Below are positions 24,589 to 37,716 of a stretch of 64,000 bases of DNA, piece by piece. The stretch is from NCBI GenBank assembly GCA_973895155.1, contig OZ316892.1, positions 634,917 to 698,916 on the forward strand. The letters are read 5' to 3'. The position numbers and the translations under genes were made by a program. Position 1 is the first letter of the stretch; every line of letters starts with the position of its first letter. Origin of the DNA: Marsupella aquatica (Eukaryota; Plantae; Marchantiophyta). The notes beneath the pieces were generated by a model. That model was given only the letters and a program-made list of their open reading frames with translations, had not been told where the DNA came from and ran no database searches.

Positions 24589-27500
24589 ATGGTACGACAA
24601 TCGGCTGCATCCCGGCGTGCCAAAGCGCGCTCGGGAGGTGCATTTGTCCGATTTTTGTGGCTTTGCGGTTACCTCATGATCACATTCGCTGCGTTGCTGT
24701 CGACTTACGCTTATCCTGAGCTGCTGTCGTTGTTCCGCCCTCAGCATACGAGTTACTCAACCAAACGGATCACCACAAAGGTACATACTTCAATTCTTTC
24801 AGTTTCAGCTCTTCCTTGGACAGATTGAAATTTCTCTTGATGAATTTGATTGCTATACTGTCGAAAATAATTCTACAAGGGTTCGGTGAGAGGATTTGCC
24901 GTCATGCAAGCACACGATAAACCTTTTGAACTGCGACTATGTCGGAAGGATCTGGACAGACGTATTTCGGGAGCTAGAGATGCATCCTATCTGAACAAGT
25001 CATCTAGCCGGAATAACAAGGAGGTTCACAGTTGTTGAACAAGGACGAAGAGAAGCTTACGCGCTAAAATATTGGTAGTTGGAAATGTAAACCTTTCCAT
25101 CTGACGACTTCCGTCGTCATGAAACTTAGATCTGGGAGATTGGCCGTTCGTGCAAATTTTCGGCTGTAGATCTGGACCATTTCGACCTAGAAGGCGAGGG
25201 GGTAGTTGCTCTGGGAGGCGTTTGTAAGCACCCATTGGATGAGCTTAAATTGACCGAATTCAATATCTTGGCGGGATTGTGAGTTTTTGAGCGATTTGAG
25301 GGACCCACAGTAACAAGCTGCAGCTGGCAGCTTGTCAGTGTTGACTGATTAGATATCTCCCTCCTGTCTCCAGGCTCATCCGTCAGACGCAGGGCTTATC
25401 TAACAGAGCCCTAACGTTCGTCAGAGCCACTTGCTTGCTGCTGCCAACCTGAGTGATGCCTGTCAGCAGGGAGCTCATTTATGCTATCGAAAGTATTCCC
25501 TTGGAGTAAGTAGTTAGCTCATGAAGACGGGGCAAACGATGTAGGCATTTGCCAACTAAAACTATTTCATGACCCTTATATCTATGGCGCTCGCTGGCAA
25601 CTACTATAAAAGGTACCGAGGGTTTTCTACGGAACGCATCAAATTGTGGGAAGTTTTACTTGGGATTTAGAAATTTTCCGGTTTGCTGCCTATTTTGTAG
25701 CTACTGAGGGCTATGTTTTTTCCCCCCTTTACTCCAGAGTAGTGACATGAGACTAAGTTGGGAAAAGGAACACATTCCACCTCATGTGGTGCAATGGCAG
25801 AAGCCCAACGTCACAGCGGAGCACAATGATGCCTATTTTAAGGTAGAAACATCAACCTGATCCCCTACTCTCTGGATTGATTGGTTCGTAGCTAGCTCAG
25901 AATATCTGCCTTTGGCGTAAAGTATACATATGTGGACTCGTCTTTCTTGGGCGTGTTTTGAACTAATAAATATGCTTCAGTTTCATTGAACGGACAGAAG
26001 TGATAATTTTAGGCATCAAATGGTCACGTCTTGGCAGTATGGTTTGACACTTGTGGCGGATTGTGCATGTGTTTTGCCTTAGAAGCTGTGGAAGCCTCCA
26101 CCAAATCGAGATTATGCTGCTTGCATTGATCCAAGTGCGACCTATACTGGTCAGTTACTTAGTCTAGTATGCTATTTTTGTTTCACTTCAAAATATGTTT
26201 GCTTTGGAGATATATTTAGTTTGGAGGGTTTAACGATTCGTTGCTTCATTGTTGAGAGAATTGGATTGAGTTGCTTAGAGCCCATCAGAGAGTTCAATGA
26301 TCTGACATTGGTATTTTTTGGAACTGTCTGCTAAATGGAATCAATTGATGGACCAGATCCTCCGTTGCCATCCAGGGGCTACTTACTTGTGCAGAGTAAT
26401 GGTGGACTTAATCAGATGCGCGCAGGGGTAAGCAGGCTCTATCTTCGTTAAATTTCACGTTCTGTCCATCGTGTGTCAAAATGGTGCAATTCACGTCTGT
26501 TATATCGGTGAATTTCTTGTACTGCCCAGAATCTGAAGAACATGTGGTGGCCAGTGCATAATGTGTAACGCTGCGTCTCTGCTCACAAAGGACAGCTGGG
26601 ATAGGATGATGTCGTTTTACAGAGCAATCGATTTTACAGCTTATTTTGAGTACGTTCTTAACAGATTTGTGACATGGTGGCCGTTGCTCGAATCCTCAAT
26701 GCTACCCTGGTTATTCCTGAGCTTGATAAGCGGTCATTCTGGGCTGATTCCAGGTCAGTATTTTATTGTGTATGAGAGTAAGACAGGTTTTTCAGGTATT
26801 CAGTTCTGTAATCATCTCTTGTGGTGCTCCCCTGTGACTGAGGTCTTATTCGCTCACAAGAGTCAATTTGTCCCGCAGCAATTTCTCAGATGTTTTTGAT
26901 GAAGACTACTTCATAGAAGCTCTTCGCGGGGATGTCCCTGTTGTGAAAAGATTGCCCGAAGGACTTTTTCCTACTCCAAAGGCAGCGAAACAGTTCCGAA
27001 GTTGGTCCAATGTTGAGTATTATGAAGAAGAGATAGCTCCACTTTGGGATGAGTTTAAGGTACATTCTTTTCGCTGCCAGAGATACGTCTGCTATGTGTC
27101 TAGAATGGCACATCCTGGTTTAAAACCTCCAAGGAGGTAACTCAATCGAACCCTGACGGTGATTCGCGGTCTGCTGAATTGATACGAATGCAGTATAATG
27201 CTAATGCAAGGAGGAAGCACAGATAAGCGTCATGGTTCTGTTTCCAGCAGATAAAAAGGTTTGAAGCACAATCCCGATTTCACCTGGTGTAGTTTCACTT
27301 GACCTGCAGGTTATACGGGCACTAAAATCAGATGCAAGGCTTGCTAACAACAACCTCCCAGCTGATATTCAAAAACTCCGCTGCCGTGTCCAGTATGAAG
27401 CTCTTCGTTTTGCGCCCAGTATTGAAGCGTTGGGGAAGGTATGCTTGGGAACCCTACTGAAATTTTCTGGATATACTGGCCTTGCAAGAATTTGCTACCC

Positions 27501-29535
27501 AATTGGTTTCATCCATCTTCCATTTCATGCCATTTCATGGGGAAGGAATTTTATGTACATCAGGTAACCAGCATGCAAATATGGAATGTATATTTGCTGT
27601 AAGTTATTCAACACGATTGAAATGTCATTGCAAATCATTTGACTCGCATTCTCTTTGCTTGGGCAACTTTGCCGTCTCTTTTGAAAACCAAAAGTACTCT
27701 TGATTTCTGGTAATAGTTTTATTAGACTAAATAGCTACTTGACCGTCGACCCATTCAGCAGTATTGGCTTTGTGGTGTCCATCTCTGATTTTGTTTTCTC
27801 TGAACGCTTTCAGGTACTTGTGGATAGACTGAGGTCCAGAGGTCATTACATAGCACTGCACTTGCGCTATGAGAAGGATATGCTGGCATTCAGTGGCTGC
27901 ACTTATGGGCTAACGGAGAAGGAGGCCGATGAACTCACAGTCACAAGGTGTGAACTTAACCTTCGTCAAGCATGGCTGTAGAGTTTTGAGTCCTTGTGCT
28001 TGGAACCTCTTAAACTGTAGTGTTGTCAGGGTAGTAGGTCCCACTTCTGATATGGCCAGCATGATAGTTTCGTTTGTGGTCAGATTATGCACTAGTTTTG
28101 TCCTTGCAAACAAGATTCAAGAGTGTGGGTTTTCTCCAGGGAGCAAACTCCCCATTGGAAAGTCAAGACCATAGACGCTGCCGAACAGAGAGCCAAAGGT
28201 TTCTGCCCACTCACGCCAAACGAAGTTGGGATTTTCTTGCTTGCGTTGGGATATCCTCGAACCACACAAATCTATATTGCTGCGGGTGAAATATACGGGG
28301 GTAGTGATCGCATGGCTAGTCTACTGTCTCATTTTCCAAATGTGCTGTCGAAGGTATGTTATTTTGGCCTCAGTTCAGGCGCTGGAGATGTCTTGCAAGC
28401 TTACTTTTCGTTGGACCCCTCGATTCTTTAGTTTGTGTATTTGGCTTGAGGTGTCATTGGCTCGTTGGGATGTCTTACAGATGAAAATGATCACACTACT
28501 CAATGTCTGTCACAGGAAACAATAGCAACTCCTGAGGAACTCTCTCCGTTCACGGACCATGCTTCACAAATGGCAGCACTTGACTATGTAGTGTCCACAG
28601 AGAGCGATGTATTCGTACCCTCTTACTCTGGAAACATGGCCCGGGCTGTGGAAGGACATCGCCGCTATTTAGGACATAGAAAGACCATTATACCTGATAG
28701 GTAAACCAAAATTCTACGGAATTGGAGACCTAGCAAAAGTTTTTTGCAGAGTCTTTATGTGCTTTTGTACTCCTTTTTTTCCCGAGTGAGTGTTTGTAAC
28801 ACTAGTCAAGTTTACCTTCTACAGAGGAAATAGATTTTCCTTGTGCCTTCCGGGACATCCGTTTTGTTTATTTTTTCTTATCTTGTGGATTTGGTAACAG
28901 GAAGGAGCTCGTGGCTCTATTTGATCAGATTGATAAGGGTGTGCTGGAGGAAGGTCCTGAACTTTCAAATGCCATTACTACACTCCATCGTAACAGGTCG
29001 ACACCTTGGCTTACAGAAACATGACTGTAAATTTGGTCTGCTTCTTTTCTATTGACACTAATGTGGGTTAAATTGCTTGTTCACAAATGGTAACTCGTTG
29101 TTGTTTAACTTTCTTGAGACTGAAGGAAGTTCCCCTTTTCGGCAGAGTATTGTAGTAATGTAGTACTGTAGATTTGAGTTTTGAAGTGTTGTTTCAATGC
29201 ACAGTATCTCGACGTCTTCGATATGGATCGGGCATAGACATGATCTCACCATTTTCTCGCGCTTAAGATTTATTTGGCTTTCTGGCTTTTGCAGGCAAGG
29301 CGCACCTAGAAAACGGAAAGGTCCCTTGAAAGGAACCAAAGGGCGAGATCGATTTAAGACTGAAGAGGCGTTTTACACAAACCCTCTTCCGGATTGTCTT
29401 TGTCAAAAGCGCATGACTTCAGGTACCCATGTCAGTGTAAGCAGAGATCATCAAACTTTCTTTAATACTTTTGAGGAGCACGATAGGAGAGTTGAGCAAA
29501 CGGCAATAGACTCGCGAAGGGTTCGACAACAATAG
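24589..29535 (+). CDS. O-fucosyltransferase-family (GT106) type II Golgi glycosyltransferase
   Basis: Exons ~24589-24780 (TM anchor), 25407-25505 (tentative), 25801-25842 (tentative), 26083-26149, 26357-26427, 26665-26753, 26879-27059, 27310-27438, 27814-27947, 28140-28353, 28516-28700, 28901-28996, 29295-29535. Motifs [59 protein letters not shown] and GHRRYLG. Confidence 0.93.
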
Positions 29536-30444
29536 TCCTCCCAACTCGGAACAGCATTTGTATATTGTGTATCTAATTCTTTACTGCTGGCAGATCATTT
29601 TGTCCTTATTTGAATAGTATTCCTCCAATTTGTGGGTAGGTAAAGTCTTTCCATATCAAGTCATGTGCCCTTCCACGTAGTTGAAGTGGCTTTTAGATTT
29701 AACATTGTAGCACCCAGACCATTAACTTGAAGGGGCAAGCTCTTTCCACGTTCGAGACTAGGTACCATCGAAGCTTAATGACTGGTCGTGAGGAAAAAAA
29801 ACTGCGAATTATAACCTGAAGTCTGGGGGATGCAAAAAATCTACTTAGGACAGTTTATGTGGGCAAACGAAGATGTGCAGCCAGATCTGTCTCATGATGG
29901 TCTGTCGGACACTGAAAGGTCTTGAAATGTATATTATGGAGGAATGAATGAATTACAGACTCATGATGTTGAGTAGGTCCTCGTACTTTGTGTGCTGAAG
30001 ACCAAAACACTAGCAATTTGTTGTGGAATATGGCAAACACCAATGGGTCCCTGGTATCCAGCATTTTCTCCACAGGTGGATTAGGAGTCAAATCCCCTAC
30101 TGATGAAAAAGACATCCGGTAGCTAGTATCATCTGACAAGTAATATGTTTTGGTAGGTAAGTATGCCTGATCATACTCACGAAGGAACACTTTCCTACAA
30201 GCACAAGTTCTAATCCCTTGGGAAGATCATTAAACCCAGGGCCATACACTTTTATAACCCTGACCGCCTCTAAAGTTCTGGTGTCCTAGCAGCGAAATAA
30301 CTATTTTGCAATGGGTCGCCATGTTCTCAATGTAAACTTTGGGGCCAAATAACTATTTTGCATTGGGTCACCATGTTTTACATGTAAACTTTGGGACTAT
30401 AATTATTATTTTACTAGCGCAATGCGTGTATTGGAGGTGTTGGG

Positions 30445-31045
30445 TAAGTAGAAGATCTGGAGGTGAAAAAAGAAGATGCCAAGGAGAGAGAAAGATTTTG
30501 AGGTAAGTAAAAGTAATCAAAGTGAGAAAAGATCTCAGGAGAAAAAAGAAGTAAAAGAAGAAAAGATGAGGATATCATGTTTCGTTGTAGAAAAGAGGTA
30601 AAGAAGAGAAAGATGTAGAGAAGACAAAAGAAAAGATATCAAGGTGAAAAAAAATGACAAGATGAGAAAAAGAAAATGTAGAGATGAGAAAAGAGTAAAC
30701 ATGAGACAACTATATGTAGGTGAAGAAAAGATGTTGAGGGAAGAAAATATATCAATGGTGAGAAAAAGACTGGTGAGAAAAAGATTTTGTGAGACAAAAA
30801 AGATGTTGAGGAAAGAAAACATATCAATGGTGAGAAAAAGACTGGTGAAAAAAAGATTTTGAAAGACAAGAAAAACATAAGATGTTGAAATGAGGGAAAA
30901 GTGTAAAAGATGGGATGTTGAGGTGAAGAATAGATGTAGAGGAGAGAAAAGATGTAAAACGTGAGAAAAACATGTTGCAAGCAAAAGATGTTGAGGATAG
31001 AATAGTATGTCAAGAAAAAAAAATGTCAAGGTAAGTGAAAAAAAA
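30445..31045. repeat. Purine (GA)-rich low-complexity tract with internal ~70-bp duplication
   Basis: Strong A/G strand bias; AAAAGATGTTGAGG..ATATCAATGGTGAGAAAAAGACTGGTGA..AAAGATTTTG occurs twice. Confidence 0.8.
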
Positions 31046-32386
31046 TATAGGTTTTTTGATTTAGTTGTTGAGACATATTATATGTGATCATGTCCATACA
31101 GTTATTTTGGTCATATTCAATACCCATGCGTTGCACATAAGATGTTGCAAAAAGATGCCCATGTCAAAAAGATATTGCAAAAATGACGAGGGAGAGTCTG
31201 AGAATTGATGGCAACTGATGGACGCACATAAAGGATTTGCATGTCAGAAAAATGTTGGGAAAGGGATGAGGGAGAGCACAAATATTGATGATAACGGACA
31301 GGCGCATTACACAATGCTAGGTGGATGGTGACATCCCCTCTCCCCCTCATGATCTTCTCTCCCCCTTTCTCTTGACCTGCCTCTCCCCCCTTCTGGTCTA
31401 AGTTCATGTCCAATTGGTATGCCTTCCAAGGAGTGCCAAAATAACCTATCATCTATGTGCTCCAAGAGTTTAGCTTGCACAAGTGTTAGACAACCTTAAT
31501 GACTGTGCCAATCATTCCCTAATGGATGTTGCCCCTCTAACAATCTAGATCTCATTTGGAAGGTGAAGAGGTGGGGGGTGGGGGGGGTATGCTTGACATT
31601 TATCCACACTAAACAACAACCCCCACCCCACAAAGCAGATAACAAAACCGACTTTAAGTCAAAACTTAGGTTGTTTGTGCAAGATTCAATCAATCAAAAA
31701 CCGAATGTTAAGTAAAGGCAAAATGCAAAACACCAACAGATCTGCACCTAAGTTATCCTTGTGCTAGGGAGTTTTTTGTGAGTTAACAGCAATATGAGGG
31801 GAGCTTCTAAGGTTACTCATGTCTGGGCTTAACTCACCAACTTTTGTGAGTTTCACCCTCTACATTTAAGAATATCTCGGCAGAGTTCGTTCCGCCTGGT
31901 GTAGGAAAGGAGGGCGGTCCACCGGTAGTCTACGCGCGACAAAATATACAGGGTGATGACACGGTCCAACTCCGGCACTCGGCATCAGAGCACAATTATT
32001 ATTATTTTATTTCAATCCCCGTAGGCCAAAGCGGAGCAGGGGAGCCCTTTGGAGCACGGCATGGATTCAGCGTTCACACAGTGCCGGATCCGAATGGACG
32101 GACTCCGTCACAGAAGCAGCGGCAGCACTAAAGAGCGATCGTAGTACATAGAGATTGTCACGGAAGTGCACTATGCTGCTTCTGCATGTGCGCGATTGAC
32201 AAGAGTATCGGTCGTCCGGTCAGACGAGAGAGTCTGGGACTGGACGTAGGCCGCTCCGGTCTGGAATTGATTGAGACCTCGCGGAAAGGGTGTCGATTGA
32301 TTCGGTGGGATGGGTTTTTGAAGCAACCAAATTGTGGGATAGGTTTTGGGAGGCAGAGAACGAGGTGAAAACAGAGAGGAGGAACG

Positions 32387-35300
32387 ATGGCGGGCAAGGG
32401 GGCAGTGCGGCCTGTACTGCTGCTGCTATTCTGTGCGTCCGCGGTGCTGGTCGTTGCTTTTCCGCAGGGCGTTCGAGGGGACGACCTCGTGCAGCAAGAG
32501 GATGAGAAAACTCCCAAAAGACCTGGCTGTGATAACGATTTCGTGCTGGTTAGTGTTGCTCTGCATCTGTTTTCGTCTTTCTGTCTGTCGGTTGGTCTGT
32601 CTCGCCCTTTTTAATGTACCGCCTATTTTTGTGGAGACTGGCTCGCCCTCTTTAATGTATCCCCTATTTGTGTGGAGGCTTTCTTCACATTCGAGGGCAG
32701 ACTTCCGTCACACCGTTTTTCGGGCTGCAGTCGAAAATAGAGAGCAAATCTTCATATGATTTTTCGCTTAACTTTCTTTTTGACTGATCGTTGACACTTA
32801 TAGCACTGGCCTTTGCCGTTATTTGCCTTCTGAATCTCAGTTCATCTGTCTCTTTTGTTATGGATTCGTTCCACTGAGGTATGTCGTAGCTTCAGGTCCG
32901 AACTTGCATTACAATCAACTGCCACTGAATCTCTCTGTCGTATATACTGTGGCTTGTTAGGCTGGACATTGCGCATTTAGCGGTGTCTTGCACATGATTA
33001 GCAGCGATTCCCTGGCAAGGTTGTCTTATCACTTCGTTATGTACTGTCTCCGGGTTCTGGCTCGTCCGTATCCATCGAGGAAAATATAGAAGAGTGTTTT
33101 GCTCAGAGCAGTAGTGATAAAATGCTCGCAAATATGTTCACGATTCTCACCAGGTTAGAAATATTTAATCGCCGATGAGGCCGCCACGGGCTCTATACTA
33201 TAGGGGATTAGGTGTTGTTTCGCATACTGGTCATGCTTTCTAACACGTTCGTTTCAAGCAAATAGAAAACGACTATGAAGTGGAGGGCTTCGACCTCCCT
33301 GAAAATTCGCTAAAATATTTGCTCATTGTCTTGGGGATTCAGTGTGATCTTTGTTCGACCATTAAGGACAGTCAGTGTCCAATGCTGGCAAGCGACGCTC
33401 TTTTGCTGATGATATTGTTTTCAGGTGAAAGTTCGAAGCTGGGTAAATGGCCAAGAGTACAAGGAATTTGTTGGAGTGAGTGCTCGCTTTGGAACACCAA
33501 TAAGTAAACATCAGAAGGATGAATCCGGTGATACTCTTGCAATGGCTGACACCAAACATTTGTGTCAGAACGTCTCTGAAAGCGTGCAGGTATGAATTGG
33601 CCCTCGTCATGCAAGTCACAAAGGCCTCTTTACCACTTACGTTTTGCAAATGGCTTGTCGGAGGCTCAGTTTTAGTTCTTTTGCAATTTGCAGATTAGCA
33701 CGGCACGGTCCAGTTTTTTATTTGTATGCTTTTCACAGGTTGGACAAGAGTTCTAATGTCTTTGCTGTCTTGGGATGATTTATCGATTTGTGTTTAGCTG
33801 GATGGGCATGCCGCAGTAGCTCAAAGGGGCAATTGCACTTTCACAAAGAAGGCTCGAGCAGCACAAGCAGCAGGAGCAGTGGCTCTGCTTGTTGTCAATG
33901 ATGTGGAAGGTTAGTGTCAAATTCTATGATCCGAAGCCATGGTACGCTGTGCATGAGGCTAGCTTTTAATGCAAAGATTCCAATTCTGGATTCAGCTGAT
34001 GGAAAGATGACAGTATGTACCTCTTGGCTTATGTGCATTTTCTTCGCAATATTCTACTTATTTCAGTACTGCATTGACAATTTGGATTTGATCCCCAGAG
34101 CTGTACAAGATGGTATGCGATGATAACGAAACATACTCTGATATCACCATTCCAGCTATAATGCTCCCAATGTCCGCATGGACAGCTTTGGAAAAAGTTA
34201 TGCTTGACAAAAATAAAGAAGGTAATATCAATGCAATCCCGAACTTTTCGCTGAAAACTAAAGCGGTGATTGTGGAGGTAATTTGAAGGCCACGCGCAGC
34301 GGAAAACATTATTTTCGTATCAAGTGGTACCAAAGAGTTGGCCCCGGTTCAGATCTGAAGCTGATACTGTATGCTTTGTCTGATACAGGTCCCTCAAATA
34401 ACACAGTGAAGGTCCTATTGTACTCCCCCTTCAGGCCGTTGGTGGATGTAGCGGAAGTCTTTCTATGGTTGATGGCAGTGGCGACCATTCTTGGAGCTTC
34501 GTACTGGTCAGCTTGCAGTGCAAAAGAGGCAGCTAATGAGTATTATCGGCGATTAAAGGTTAGATTTGATGAGATTGAACCTTTTCAGTCAACTGAAGAG
34601 ACGCATTTGAGTTGTATGCTACGTTCATTCCCGTGTTCTATTCACAGATCTGAGTTTGTGAGAAGATAAAGTGGCTGGCGTTTGGAGACTGGTTAGGTGT
34701 GTTGGTTGGGGCAAAAGCATTTTGTGCCAGATTGGAGGAAATTGGAAAGTCTCCTGGCTGGGATTGTATGTATATCGATCATGGTGAACATACATGCTAA
34801 AGTAGGTAGGAATGGGCGCTGTTCTCTACTTAGGGTAGCTCGAGAGGAGGAGAATCCATGACTTTGGCCATAATTTTTGTTGTCCAGTTTATCTTATTGA
34901 TTGGCGACGTTGTCACATCCCGAAACCACAGCCGTGATGGTGATGGCGGCTAATTTTTGATACATATTATGTTACATCTTCCAGGAGTTACCGGATCCAT
35001 ATATGATGGAACCAGAATCAGATGAGAAGGACGTTGTCGATATAAGCGTGGCATCGGCGGTCCTGTTTCTAGTGCTGGCTTCTGGCTTCCTGCTACTGTT
35101 GTACTTGTTCATGTCCCAGTGGTTTCTGCTAATTTTGGTGGTCCTCTTCTGCATTGGTGGTGTGGAAGTAAGACTCAGTCGTCTCAACACCATTGATTGC
35201 AAGTAAATGTTTGCAAATCTAGAGCCTTTATGGGCAGAGCAAGATCAAACTTTTGGACTCAGCATTGCCATCCGTGTCTCAATTTGGGATGGGTTTTTGC

Positions 35301-37716
35301 TAAGAAGAAGAGTTTACCCTTCGATGATTCTGACGCTTTAAATTGCAGGGACTGCAAACATGCGTGGTGGCTTTCCTCTCAAGGTAAGTAATACCCATAA
35401 GAGGTTGGATAGTTACTCTTTTTTTTTTCTCTTTGTACTTTACAACATAGTACTGTACCTTTCTTTCTTTTGTTCTTCTTCCGTAAAATGTTAGAAAATC
35501 TCCAGTAAAGGTGCTTGTTGATCCTGAGTGTTCAGGAACAGCGGTTCGTTACCGGTATACGATCTACTGAGCAACGGATTTGTCTATGGATGTCTTGTAG
35601 GTGGTTCCCAAATGCCACAGCATCTCATGTGAATCTGCCCTATCTGGGGAACGTCTCGGTGCTGACCTTGGTCGTCTCCCCTTTCTGCATCACTTTTGCT
35701 ATTTTGTGGGGCGTATTTCGGCACCTCTCCTTTGCATGGATTGCCCAAGATATTCTAGTAAGTTTCCTCTCTTTTCTGTGATGTCATTTTTGCTTTGCAT
35801 CTGGTGCCGTTTTTGTATGTCAGATGAACCACGCGATTTCGTTGTAGGATATGGTTTCTGTCCTGTCCTCTGTCGTGTATAGTATCTGTTATGTATAGTG
35901 TTTTTGTAGCTTTCGGGACCTAGCAGCTGTCACGTGTTCTGAATTATTTACTCTCCAAAGGCTGAATAACCCGTGACAGAATTTCTTGATCAAGGTTCAT
36001 TACAATATGCATCCTGATAGTTAGAAGGGCAGTGGTGGAACTCGCTATCCTGCTCTTACGCTTGGAGTTCCATTTTGAAGAAAATACATCTTTCCAAATA
36101 CTGACCTCCTATGTACGGGCTGATGTATATTGATTGATTTGTCAGGGTATCTCACTTATTTTAACTGTTCTTCAAGTTGTTCGGCTCCCCAACATAAAGG
36201 TGAGTTTCGCTTGGGTCGTGAGATGATGTTATACAGGTTTGCAAATGCCTCTGTTGTTGTAACCTGAACGTGAATATCCCTTTGCTCATGCTCTTGCTCC
36301 GTGTACAGGTTTCAACTGTTTTGTTGAGCTGTGCGTTCTTCTATGATATTTTTTGGGTCTTTATCTCCCCAGCTATTTTTCATGAGAGTGTGATGATAGT
36401 GGTAAGGACTTACCCAGCTACCTCACTTTGGTACATTGAAATTGTTCTTGTTTTCTTATAAGCCCGCATCCATGTGGTTCTTGCATGTATTTTGAAGATG
36501 ACTATCCTCAGTATTCGTCGTCATGGATTAGCTGGGAGAGTAAAATGCCTCTTTTTCCTGAGTGTAACGCAGGTTATGCTGAAGTACAGAATCTAATGGG
36601 TAACTTGTAGGGTCCCTTTGAATGTCTTGGTCGACTTGAAATATCGATTGTAATTTTAACAATTTGGATGGACAGATTGCACGAGGTGACAAAAGTCGAG
36701 GCGAAGGCATACCCATGCTATTGAAGGTCCCGCGGCTGTTTGACCCGTGGGGTGGCTATAGTATTATCGGATTCGGAGACATACTATTACCAGGCCTTCT
36801 TGTTTCATTTTGTCTCAGGCAAGCTTTCAGGAAGGTTGCTTTGGAAGTTCATTTACAACTGTCGACAGAAATTCTCGACTTGTTGTTCTATCAACTCAGT
36901 GGGACTGCTTGCATGACCCATGGATTAAAAATTGTGGTTTTATTCTACCATGTCCTTGTCGTAACCTTACTTTGGATTGTAGCTTATCTTTGTCAATTGC
37001 TTCCATTGCGTTCAGATACGACTGGGCAGCAAAAAAAACTCTTTATGGCGGTTACTTTCTCTGGGCAACTATAGGATATGGGTTTGGTAAGTGCTACCCT
37101 CTCTGGCCTGTGGCCGTGCCAGTTTTGTGGAAGTACGAGGTGGGTTAGTTGGGTTCTTGAAGCATCAATGACAAGTTCACACTGTTTGTAAAGCTGGTTT
37201 AAAATTCTAAAATTTCTGTGGAGCCGCGTGTTGGTACGCGGAAAGATGAGAGTCGAAAATGATTGATCTTAGTGATGTCTTGGCTGTACAGGACTGTTCT
37301 TAACGTATGTGGCACTAAATGTGATGGATGGGAATGGCCAGCCTGCGCTTTTGTACATAGTTCCATGTACACTTGGTAAATAACATTCCTTCTCTCATAG
37401 TTTCAGTAACTTCTTTTGGTTCGTCATCCCAATAGATCTACTTCGCACTGCATCGTTTTTCCAGAAGTTGAAGGGATTGAAAGATAAAATATAGAGCGAG
37501 AATGAGATCTTAATGGAGAATGGGAATTATTATTTGAAATCATTTGGCTGCGTCCGTAAGTTCACGGCAGCTTGTGTGAACTACTAAAGCGCTATGGTAA
37601 GTGCAGGCACGGTGATCTTGTTGGGATGGTGGAGAGGAGAACTCAGCAACCTTTGGAGCAAGGGTGATTCACAAGAGTCGAAGAATGTACCCACTGTATC
37701 TGCAAATGTAACATGA
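32387..37716 (+). CDS. SPPL: Signal peptide peptidase-like protease (PA domain + peptidase A22B), 14 exons
   Basis: Exons 32387-32548, 33425-33589, 33798-33909, 34099-34221, 34407-34558, 34985-35167, 35349-35383, 35601-35757, 36146-36199, 36309-36401, 36676-36818, 37016-37086, 37292-37375, 37607-37716. Signal peptide, [21 protein letters not shown], catalytic YDIFWVF and GFGD, and QPALLYIVP. Confidence 0.96.

Noticed and set aside
30535-31029. Phe/Leu/Ser-rich 'membrane protein' ORFs
   Set aside because: By-product of the GA-rich low-complexity tract.
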